This document shows, in pieces, positions 1-9,799 of a stretch of 64,000 nt of DNA. The position numbers and the translations under genes were made by a program. Position 1 is the first letter of the stretch, and the number at the start of each line of letters is the position of its first letter. Origin of the DNA: Sminthopsis crassicaudata (lineage: Eukaryota); contig NC_133618.1 in the NCBI RefSeq assembly GCF_048593235.1, positions 35,808,478 through 35,872,477 on the forward strand, read 5' to 3'. The notes below the pieces were generated by a model that saw only the letters and a list, made by a program, of their open reading frames with translations, did not search any database and was not told the origin of the DNA.

Positions 1-230
1 AGGGTGGTAGAGAGATGGGGGCAGGAGAGGTAGATTTGTGAATTCTTAGCAAAGCAAGGGAAATTAAATCCATGGGAGCTGATGATGTCACCAAGGGAAG
101 TGATATAAAGGAAAAGAGAATAGGGCCTGAGATAGAGCACCAAAGGACACCTAGAATTAGAGGGAATGATCTGAGTAAAGATCCAGCAAAGATGAGGGAG
201 AAATCCTGACCATAAAATGACCAAGGCAAT
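1..230 (-). mobile_element. L2-like LINE fragment (old), paralogous to ~29030-29420 and ~49560-49940
   Basis: Purine-rich text (gtagatttgtgaatt...gatgtcacc...gatatag) resembles the antisense L2 3' region; the same block recurs in duplicated cassettes. Boundaries approximate. Confidence 0.45.
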
Positions 231-517
231 CATTGTCTCCGAGGACCAATGATGAAGTAAGTGTGCTACTCAGTCCCTGGCAGAGAAGTGATGGACATGG
301 AGGACCAGACATATTTCAAGGCCTCCATTTTCTGTGGATTCATTTCGGTGGATTCTTGGTTAGAAAAGAAATCAAGGGCAGAACTCTCACAGCCCCAGCA
401 TCTTCCTCTGAGACCTAGAAACTTCCCCTGAGGCAGCCCAAACAAGCTGCCCCCATCCCAGCTGAGGGGAAGGAGGTGCCCCTGGGGCACTGATGCCCTC
501 TAAGCAGCTGCTGGGCA

Positions 518-545
518 GGTTTTTGTTCCGGGCTGTAGCACCGTG
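518..545 (-). other. 12-RSS of V1: heptamer CACGGTG, 12-bp spacer, nonamer ACAAAAACC
   Basis: Read directly: heptamer 545-539, spacer 538-527, nonamer 526-518. Confidence 0.95.
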
Positions 546-1124
546 GGAGGAGAGCTATAATACTGCTGACAGTAATAGACTGCAGCGTCCTCAGCCTCCA
601 CTTTGCTGATTGTGAGGGAGTAATCTGTCCCAGAACCACTGCCACTGAACCGGGCAGGGACTCCAGTGTGCAGGTTATTTGTATAATAAATTAGGAGCTT
701 GGGAGACTCCCCTGGTTTCTGCTGATACCAGTTCAGGTAATAGCTAATACCCTGACTGGCCTTGCAGGAGATGGTGACTCTCTCTCCTGGAGATGCAGCC
801 AGGGAGGCTGGAGTCTGAGTCAGCACAATGGCCCCTCGGGCATCTGGAATCACAAACACAAGAGAAATAGTGAGAACAACATCAGGCCATATTGCCAGCA
901 GGAGAAATCCTCTGACTGTGGTGAATTAAACCTTCAGGGCTGGGTTCTGCCCCCAGGATCCCAGTGCAGAGATATATTTTCTCTCTAACCCTCAGAATTC
1001 CACACTTTCCACTCCTGGTGAGGGGGGGGGGCAACAAAAGACAGGTTTGTCTCTGCTCTTCTCACTCACCTGGGATCCAGAATAACAGGACAAGGAACAT
1101 CTGAGCCTGGAACCCCATCTCCAT
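546..1124 (-). CDS. IGKV: Ig kappa V segment V1 (family I), open frame; leader exon 1124-1070, V exon 843-546
   Basis: Spliced product [123 protein letters not shown] donor, CAG acceptor, both Cys and the core Trp intact, 12-RSS. Confidence 0.95.
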
Positions 1125-1168
1125 GTGCCTGAGCTCTGAGCTGCCCAGCACCTTCCTCCCCAGCTGCC

Positions 1169-1224
1169 TTTTTATATCTGCTCTCAGCAGGGAGCTTCCT
1201 GTGCTGGGAGGGAGCCATGCAAAA
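1169..1224 (-). promoter_or_regulatory. V1 promoter: TATAAAAA (1176-1169) and octamer variant TTTTGCAT (1224-1217)
   Basis: Octamer ~93 bp upstream of the ATG, as expected for Ig V promoters; same spacing in all family I genes. Confidence 0.8.
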
Positions 1225-2086
1225 CAGCCCAGGGAGGGAGGCTTCTGCTCACAGGCAGGCCCTGTGATCTCCCCTCCTGGCTAGTCCAGAATCCTGAGCT
1301 GTCTCAGTGCAGCAGTCCCTTCTGGGACCTTGGGATGGGGGTATCCCAGTAGGTTTAGAATCTACTCTGTCCAGTGAACCTTGATAACCTCAGAGATGCC
1401 AAGAAAGCTCAGGCTCAGATGGGGACCCTCCTGGCAGAGGTTCACATTACCCGTGATTTTTATTATACTGTTCACTAATTCAGAGTGATTGACATGACTC
1501 TTTGATCATCAGGGAGGAATTTGTAGGCATTGAGTCAGTATAATGGAACAGATTATTTTCTAGTGTTGATGTAAGAATTCTGTTGGAATGTTTTCCCCAA
1601 CTGTCCCAGCTACTGAGATCTCTGCTAAGTCCTTGGAAATGGAGAATTGTTCAGCATCTGAAACTGATATTATTTGATTAGAAGAAATTACCTTAATGAA
1701 GAAGAATTTATATCACTTTATTGCTCTAGTTGGAGAACTACAAGGCCTTTCTAAACAATCTGCCACAGAAATCTCCAATAAGTGACATCTCACCTTTGTC
1801 TGTGAGCTTCTGGGGAGAAGGGACCACCTTACCATTCCCTTGTATCTCCAGCTCTTACTATAGGTTTTGGCCATAATAAGTGCCTAATCAGTATCGATCA
1901 ATTAATTAATTTATTCATTCATTGAAATGGCAGCATAAGAAACCAAGCTTTGGATGGGCCCCCCTATACACTAAGGGAAACTCATTTTTCATTCTTTTTT
2001 GATCCATACAGATGATCTGGGATTTTAAGAGTTTTGAATTCCCATGCAAACAGAGTAGCCATGGGATCCTTTAAAAGGTACCTGAT

Positions 2087-2210
2087 GGGCACTAGGTGGT
2101 ACAGGGGCTCAAGCACCGGCCCAGCCATCAGGATGCCTGGAGTTCAGATGTGCCAGCAGCTATTTACTAATTATGTAACCCTGGACAAGTCACTTCAATC
2201 AGACTGACTC
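2087..2210 (+). mobile_element. Degenerate tRNA-derived CORE-SINE (WSINE1-like)
   Basis: gggcactaggtggtacag...gagttcagat...tgtaaccctggacaagtcactt; decayed equivalents in other cassettes (~10660, ~27460, ~48010, ~54380). Confidence 0.6.
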
Positions 2211-2705
2211 AAAAATAGCTAACTTAACAAACAACGCCCCTCTCCCTGATCACAACTTAGAATTAGATATAGAAGTGAAAGAAAACTTCTTTCCCATAGG
2301 CCATAATGTTCCCCCTCAGCCTACAGCCCCCTCCCCAGAGACTCTGCCCTTCCCTGGCCTATCACTTGTTACTGGGACAGGGTCATGGCTGTGCTCAGCA
2401 GCTGTCCCCCATTGTCCTTCCCATGACCATGTCCTATCTCTGTTCCCCCTTGCACATGGTCAATCCCTCTCACAGTCAATGAGCATTACTGTCCCATAGC
2501 CAGATCCTGATCCCTTCCTCCAGCTCTTATGTCCTCCATAGCCTTTGGGTGGTATTTTCTCTCCTGCTCCAATATAATATCTATTGCTGGGTATTTGGAA
2601 AAACAGAGAGGCTGAATTTTATAGCTGAAACATGTGCCCCCAGAAAAGAGAGTTTCCATTATTTTGAAACCTTCCCTTGTCAATCATGGCTGCTTAGTGA
2701 TGACC

Positions 2706-2930
2706 AGATAGTACAGTGGACAATGTATTGGACCTGGAACCAGGAAGATCTGAATTCAAATGCAGCCTCCAACACTTATTAGCTGTGAAAGCCTGGCCAA
2801 GTCCTCTATCTATTTCAGCTTTGTCAGCTCTAATTTGGGCATAAAAATAGCACCTAGCTCTCAGTGTGTTTGTGTAGATGAAGAGTTAATATTTTGAAAA
2901 CACTTTCCTAACTTTAAATCACTATATAAA
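2706..2930 (+). mobile_element. MIR-type CORE-SINE
   Basis: tacagtggacaatgtattggacctggaaccaggaagatctgaattcaaat...; paralogs at ~11300 and ~55050. Confidence 0.55.
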
Positions 2931-3364
2931 TTCCATTTATATGGCACATAAAGGAACAAACTCCATATAATGAATATTTTATTTATTTTTCTACTGACAA
3001 ATTCTTTTATTTTTTAATAAATCCCTTCTAAAGCCACACTGACTCTCAGGTAGATGACTGTTTTCCAAATGAAGGATCAGCCTATTATGGAGGACTCTGG
3101 CAAAAATTTTGCCAACAACTACTAAGAGAGGGATCCCCCCAATTTTAAAGAAATAGATAAATACATTTAAAAAAGAAAAGATTGGAGGAGAAGGACGTGA
3201 TAAGCACTAAATAAAGTCACAAAAAGCAGATATTGATCATTTTGTCATAGACTAAAAATTATTCATTACTGATGTAAGATGCATTCCTGCATCAAGTTTT
3301 TGGATAGTCAGAATATTGATTAGTTTAAACAAAGAGGAGAGACATTCATTTTAAAATGATTCCA

Positions 3365-3660
3365 GTTGAGGAGATGCCCATCAATTGGGGAATGGTTGAA
3401 TAAATTGTGGATGTAATTGTGATGGAAAACTTTTGTGCTCTAAGAAATGATGAGCAGGATGTTTTCAGAAAAACCCAGAAGGACTTGGGCTGATGCAAAG
3501 TGAAATGTACTGTGTACAAAGTAACAGTAATATTCAGCTCTGAATAACATAAGTCTTCTCAATAGCACAATGATCCAAAACCAGTATGAACACTTATGAC
3601 AAAAAATGCTATCCATATCCAGAGAACTGGTGGTGTCTGAATGCAGATTGAAGCATACTT
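3365..3660 (+). mobile_element. Old L1 fragment (ORF2 3' end / 3'UTR)
   Basis: gatgcccatcaattggggaatggttgaataaattgtgg...aagaaatgatgagcagg matches the L1 ORF2 end seen at ~35320-35400. Confidence 0.7.
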
Positions 3661-3729
3661 TAAAAAAAATGTTATTTTTCTTTTCTTTTTTTTTAAAGGG
3701 AATCTTTGTGTTTTTTTTTTCAGTTGTGC

Positions 3730-4620
3730 TGAATTTTTATTTTTTTTTTAATTTTAAAGCTTTTTACTTTCAAAATATATAAATGGATATTTTTTTTGGC
3801 TGGGGCAATTGGGGTTAAGTGATTTGCCCAAGCTCACACAGCTAGGAAGTAGTAAGTATCTGAGATCAAATTTGAATTAAGGTCTTCCTGACTTCAGGGC
3901 TGATGCTCTATCCACTGCACCACCTAGCTGCCCACAGATAATTTTTCAACATTGACCCTTGCATACTCTTGTGTTTCAGATTTTTCCCCTCCTTACTCCC
4001 TCCACTTCCCCTAGATGGCAAACAATCCAATATATGTTATACATATATTTAAAAATATATGTTAAATCTAATATGTATAAACATATTTACACAATTCTCT
4101 TGCTGCAAGAAAAATCATATTAAATAGGAAGGCAAATAAGTAAGAAAATAAAATGCAAGCAAACAACAACAAAGAGAGTGATAATGTTATTTTGTGATAC
4201 ACATTCAGTTCCCACAGTCCTCTCTCTAGGTGTAGAGGGCTCTTCCTCATCACAAGATTATTGGAACTGACGTCAATTATCCCATTGTTTGAAAGTCATG
4301 TTCATCAGAATTAATAGTCATGTAATATTAATGTTGCTATGTACAATGATCTCCTGGTTCTGTTCATTTCACTTAGTATCAGTTCATGTCTCTCCAGGCC
4401 CTCTAAAATCATCCTCCTGATCATTTCTTTTTCTTTTTTTTTTTCTGAGGTAATTGGGGTTATGTGATTCAGGTCCTCCTGACTTCAGGGCTGATGTTCT
4501 ATCCACTGTACCACCTAACTATCCCTTGATCAATTCTTATAGAAAAATAATATTCCATATTATTTATATACCATAACTTATTCAGCCATTCTCCAACTGA
4601 TGGGCAGCTACTTTCTTACA
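3730..4620 (-). mobile_element. L1 3' end, antisense, interrupted by SINEs
   Basis: Reverse complement matches the L1 3' ends at ~17700-18270 and ~60040-60620. Confidence 0.7.
3790..3933 (-). mobile_element. WSINE1-like SINE nested in L1
   Basis: Reverse complement begins gggcagctaggtggtgcagtggatagagcatcagccctgaagtcaggaag; T-run tail. Confidence 0.8.
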
Positions 4621-4719
4621 TACCTACTGTTTATTAGGTACTGATTAAGTGATTAAATCATTATTCCCCTCATCCCCACTACCTGAAGGCCAGGAATCTT
4701 ACATCTCATCCCTTCCTCA

Positions 4720-5750
4720 GGTTTCCATAATATTCCTCCTGCAAAAGAAGCTTGAGGTAATGTCCCCTGTGCCCTAAAAGCAGAGCTCACCTTTAAAAAT
4801 GAGCAAAAATATCAAAAAGATCTCTGATCATAGAAAACTACTTTGGAGACAGGGAAGCTTAGAACCCACATCCATAAGAGGAGATTAAAGGCAAATTGAC
4901 ACAGGTAAAGCCCCAAAGGGGGATATGAACTGTTCTCAAGCTCAAAAACCTTTCTTGGAAGAGTTAAAAACAGATATTAAAACAGAGAAGAAAAGATGGG
5001 GAAAAGAAGTAAGAGCTCAAATGAAAATTTGAGGAAAAAAGTCAACAGCTTGGGGAAAAAAGCACAGAAATTGACTGAAGAAAACAACTATTTAATGGAA
5101 AAAAGAAAAGAATTTCTTAAAAAATAGAATTGAGGAAAAATATTAGCTGAACTAAACAACTCATTTCAAAGTACAATTAGCCAAATGCAAAAGGAGGTGA
5201 AAAAGGTAACTGCAGAAAATAATTCACGTAAGTTAGAATTGGATAAATGAGAGTGAATGACTCAGTGAGGTATCAAGAATCAGACAAACAAAACCAAAAG
5301 AAGTGGAAAAAAATATAAAATATCTCAGTGAAAAAACAGCTGATCCAGAAAATAAATTCAGGAGAGACATTTTAAGAAGTACTGGAGACCTGAAAAGCAT
5401 GAAGAAAAAGAGACACAGAAAACATCTTTCAAGAAATTATCAAGGAAAATTGCATTAATATCAGACTGAATATAAAAGCATAATATTTTTACCTTTATTG
5501 TTTTTGCTGTTTATTAGCTTATTTTTTTCTATTTCCCCACTTTTGATTTTATTTTTCTTGCACAACCGGCCAAATATGGAAATATGTTTTTAAAATTGCA
5601 CAAATTTAACCTATATCAGATTGCTTTCTATCTTGGGGAGGAGGAGACAAAAAAGGGAAGGAGAAAATTTTGGAACACGAAGTTTTATAATAATGAACAT
5701 TGGAAACTTATTTGAAATTTGGAAAAAGAAAATACTATTAAAAAAAGAGA
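4720..5750 (+). mobile_element. Degraded L1: ORF1 remnant joined to a 3'UTR piece
   Basis: ORF1-like text (atgagcaaaaat...gatcatagaaaactact...aattatcaaggaaaattgc) similar to 14250-14420 and to the ORF1 end at ~30700-30800. Confidence 0.6.
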
Positions 5751-6947
5751 AAAGTTTCTGTCAGGGGAGTATGATGCCAGCAAACTGGAAAGGTAGAAAG
5801 TAGCTGGGCCAGGAAAGGCCCTAAATGCCAAGCAGAATTATCTTGTACTTGCTCCTGGAGGCTATAGGAGTTACTGGAGTTTAGGGCGTTGGAGGATGAG
5901 AGAAAGATCAGTCCTATGATTTAGGACAATCACTAGAGAATCTGAATGCAAATAGACATAGATGAGTTGTCATCTACAGAAGTAGAGTGAACAGATTCCT
6001 TTGTGTATTTGACTCTGTCCAAAAACAAAGATGGACATATCCAACTGGATCATGCTTTAGTCAACCTCAGTGCATTGTATTCTTCTACCGGCAGGTCATC
6101 TCTGGAATAGATTGGTTTTGTTTTTTCCAGTTGTAGGTGCCCCATTGTAGGAGGAATCAAGAAAATCAGGAAGGCATTCAGAGAAATAATCAGGATGGGG
6201 AAAGGATTGGAGTTCATGTTTAGTGAAGATCTTTGGAAGGATCCCAGAAAGCTTTGTCTTAGAACATACAGGGAAACAAAACAGATTGAAGGGAAATCTT
6301 CAAACATTCTAAGGTTTATCCACTGAGAGAGGTATAGCGTGTTCTGCCTAGCCTCAGAAGCAAAAACTCACACAATGGAGAGAACTAAAGAAAGAGGGAC
6401 AGAATATGAGAAGTAAAGACAAGAGACCTATGGAAGAAAATAATCCTTTATTAATCATCTATTTTTTCCAGCCAAGGTATATGAAATAGAGATTCAGAAT
6501 TTCAAGCAGAATGCATTTTAGTGGGTTCTTTTAGGGGTATGTTGAAATCAATTTTTTTATTTTCAAATTTGTAATTCTTTTAAAAAATATGGTCCTAGGT
6601 ATATGGATACAGAAAGCTTCCATGATTTTGAAAACTTACCTTGTCAAGCAGGATTCACATACAGAGTATCACTCAAACGCTGTTGGAATTCATGAATACT
6701 TGTATATTTAAATCACATTTCTCTTCAAAATTCCCTATAGAGTTATCTCAACATCCCTATTTAATTATTTCTCCTTTAGCATTTAGGGACTATGTGTGTT
6801 ATTAGGTGTGTGAGAGATGGGAAAGGTTAATTTTTTTCCCAAAAAGTTTATACAGCAACTGATATATTATGTAACTATTTGGTTATTCAATTTTAAAATT
6901 GTTTATTAAATTAAATTTTTTATATTAACTTATTTACCAAATTATAT

Positions 6948-6978
<31 letters not shown>

Positions 6979-7249
6979 AACATTTCAGACTATTCTTTTA
7001 CTCTACTCAATATGACTCCACTTAAACCAAAAAATACAAAAAGAAAGAAGAGGAAATAGTTTTCTTTTTTCAAGAAGTTAGTAGATCCATCCATAAATTC
7101 CATTCTATGACTACTTTATTTTGACATTTTAATGCCTTTTCTTTTTACATTAAATAAGAAATATAACAAATATATAAATATAAAATACATAAAATAATAT
7201 AAAATAAAAAGTAAGGGATAACATTTAATTAAAGCCAACCACAAAATCA

Positions 7250-8230
7250 GCATAATATGTCACAGAGTGAGGAAAGTCCAATTTTTCAACTCCCCCTGCA
7301 GGTCAAATTTGGTCATTGCAGGGATGAAGCATTCAGTTTTGTTGTGTTTTTTTTTTTTTTTTCCATTTACTTCACTGCTATTTTCATATGTCTTGTTTTC
7401 CTAATGTTACTGAGAGAAGTCAATGAAGAGGCATATGGCAGCAAAGAACAAATGTAAAGAAAGAATTTATAAGAAGGGATAGAATATAGTACATCATCCA
7501 AAATATAAGGTCACAAATATGGGAGGTGGCAATAAATGGGACAACTGTTGGATGACCCACGTGCTGCACTATGTCCTGATGATGGAGAAGGGCCCCATTA
7601 GATTGGATGGACTCCTCCCAGAGATCTTAGGAAGAATATGACAAAAGAGATCTTACAGCATAGACGTGCATGGCTGAGCTGGAAGGCCCAGATTTCAGTG
7701 AGTATCTGACAGACTGTTTCTCTCTCCTGATATTCTGCCTCAGTGAAACCACAAATAAACAGAGTCCAACGACTGAATCCACAGAGAATCTGTGTCTTAT
7801 ATGTGTATCACTGTCCTTGATGTCCATCCCTTCTCTGTCAGGAGGTGGGTAACTCTCTCCTAGGCCCCAAGTTGTTCTAGGCTTGGCCTGGTCAGTTTCC
7901 CTGAAATCCTGCTTTTCCTCTGGGTGCCCCATGAGAGAATGGCCTGAAGCAGGTTGGCATCCAGGCAGAGTGAGGCAGCCAGGATGGTGAAAGGGCCAAA
8001 GACCAAGAGACAGGAAAGTTGTCTGAAGGAACCAGGGGAGGCTGAGCTTGGGAGAGGAGCAACATGAGGCTTGTAGTTAGTAACTGCCTGCAAGCATTCA
8101 AAGGGCTGTAACAAGGATGGGAGTAGGACTTGTCTAGTACCAAAGCCCAGAAATATGAGCAAAGGGGGAAAGGTGCAGAGAGGATGACTTTAGACTATAG
8201 TATTGACTCTCTGACAATGAGAGCTATGTA
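7250..8230. repeat. Cassette 'tail block' (~1 kb) downstream of V2
   Basis: Homologous to blocks downstream of V4, V5, V6, V7, V8 and at ~56.9 kb. Confidence 0.75.
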
Positions 8231-8399
8231 GAAGGGTGATTGATGATCCAGTTTTGAAGGTAATAGTAATGTGATAATAATACTAGCTGATATTTCCTGC
8301 TACAAATTCCTTGGAAATTATAAATGGTTCAGCACTAGGAAGTGATCTGCTTTGATTAAAATAAATTACATTAATGAAGAAGAATTCACATAACTTACT

Positions 8400-8650
8400 T
8401 TGAGTTATACATCCTGCTTACCTCTTTATAATTATTATCTCACTTGATCCTCACAACTACCCTAGGAACCAGGTGCTATTATGAACCCTATTTTAAAGAT
8501 AACAAAATTGAGACAAAGGTGAAATGACTTATCCAGAATCACAGAGCTAGGAACTGTCTGAGATGGAATTTTGAACTCAATCTTCCTGACAACATCCCTA
8601 GCACCCTCCACTGTCTGGAGAGCTAGTCTCCCTGCACTGCACATCTTCAA
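8400..8650 (-). mobile_element. MIR/Mar-type CORE-SINE
   Basis: attatctcacttgatcctcacaactaccct...tattatgaaccctattttaaagataac...gacttatccagaatcacagagctagg is the antisense CORE-SINE core. Confidence 0.7.
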
Positions 8651-8745
8651 GCAAAGACTGTAACAACATTTTCTGAGGATTGGGAAAGGGGACGACTCTT
8701 GGTCAGGTCAGAGAAGACCACTCTTAGATGTTATTCAATTATTAT

Positions 8746-8952
8746 CAGGGGTTCTCAAACTACCGCCTGTGGGCCACATGCAGCCTGCTGAGGACGTTTA
8801 TGCAGCCCCACCTGGTTATATGGCAAATAGGCTGAAGAGTGAAGACAGAGGGTGAGTGTTTTTTGTTTGTTTTTTTTTTACTATAGTCTGGCCCTCCAAC
8901 AGTCTGAGGGAGAGTGAACTAGCCCCCTATTTTAAAAGTTTGAGGACCACTG
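8746..8952. mobile_element. Non-autonomous hAT/Charlie MITE, OC1 (OposCharlie1)-like, 207 bp
   Basis: 16-bp TIRs CAGGGGTTCTCAAACT / CAGTGGTCCTCAAACT (14/16 match); subterminal sequence resembles OC1 as I recall it; absent at paralogous sites (~15150, ~19780, ~24545). Confidence 0.8.
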
Positions 8953-9122
8953 AATTTTAGATCATGTCGCTCCATGATTCTTTGCTGAACTCACAGTCCC
9001 AACATCTTCCTCTGAGACATAGAAACCTCCCCCCAAGGAGCCCAAGCAATCTGCTCCCATCCCAACTGAGGGGAAGGAGAGGCCGCTGGGGCACTGATGC
9101 TTTTCTCAGAAGCTGCTGGGAA

Positions 9123-9150
9123 GGTTTTTGTTCGGGACTCTATCATTGTG
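9123..9150 (-). other. 12-RSS of V2: heptamer CACAATG, nonamer ACAAAAACC
   Basis: Read directly; heptamer position 5 G>A. Confidence 0.9.
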
Positions 9151-9700
9151 GGAGGCCAGCTATCATACTGCAGACAATGATACACTGCAGCATCCTCAGC
9201 CTCCACTTTGCTGATTGTGGGGGAGAAATCTGTCCCAGACCTATTCCCACTGAACCGGGCAGGGACTCCAGTGTGCAGGTCGTTTGTATAATAAATTAGG
9301 AGCTTGGGAAGCTCACCTGGTTTCTGCTGATACCAATATCCTCACTGGCCCTGCAGGACATGGTGACTCTCTCTCCTGGAGATGCAGCCAGGGAGGCTGG
9401 AGTCTGGGTCAGCACAATGGCCCCTCGGACATCTGGAATCAAACACAAGAGAAATAGTAGGAACATCAGGCCATATTGCCAGCAGGAGAAATCCACTGAT
9501 TGTGAGAATTAAACCTTCAGGGCTGGGTTCTGCTCCTATAATGCCAGTACACAACCATATTTTATCCTGAACCCCAGAATCCCCCCCTTCCCAGTTCTGC
9601 CCAGAACAACAAAAGACAGGCTTGTCTCTGCTCTTCTTCATTCACCTGAGATCCAGAGGAATAGGAAAAGGAGCATCTGAGCCTGGTTCCCCATGTCCAT
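9151..9700 (-). pseudogene. IGKV: Ig kappa V pseudogene V2 (family I); leader exon 9700-9646, V exon 9432-9151
   Basis: V exon is 282 nt instead of 298: a 16-nt deletion at the CDR1/FR2 boundary (~9335) shifts the frame to a stop at 9298-9296; the downstream frame still reads ...[18 protein letters not shown]. Confidence 0.93.
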
Positions 9701-9743
9701 GTGCCTGAGCTCTGAGCTGCCCAGTCCTTCCTCCCCAGCTGCC

Positions 9744-9799
9744 TTTTTATATCTGCTCTCAGCAGGGAGCTTCCTGTGCTGGGAGTGAGCCACGCAAAA
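9744..9799 (-). promoter_or_regulatory. V2 promoter, octamer mutated (TTTTGCGT)
   Basis: TATAAAAA 9751-9744; plus-strand ACGCAAAA 9792-9799. Confidence 0.7.

Noticed and set aside
488-504. CTCF-like half-site (minus-strand TAGAGGGCA / GAGGGGGCA) ~15-25 bp beyond the nonamers, reminiscent of mouse proximal VH CBEs
   Set aside because: Only the 3' half matches, the CCAC/CCGC 5' core is missing, and V2 and V6 diverge. It would need a PWM score or ChIP data.
500-859. Track ORFs starting MFVIPDARG (also 24744, 45820, 52731)
   Set aside because: The start lies in the intron and the tail runs through the RSS; the true product uses the spliced leader exon.
7627-7932. Recurrent MGHP... ORFs and leader-like MLVLPQAQ... 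ORFs in the tail blocks as a new gene family
   Set aside because: The similarity follows from DNA paralogy. Frames break at different places, and I found no donor site, octamer or domain.
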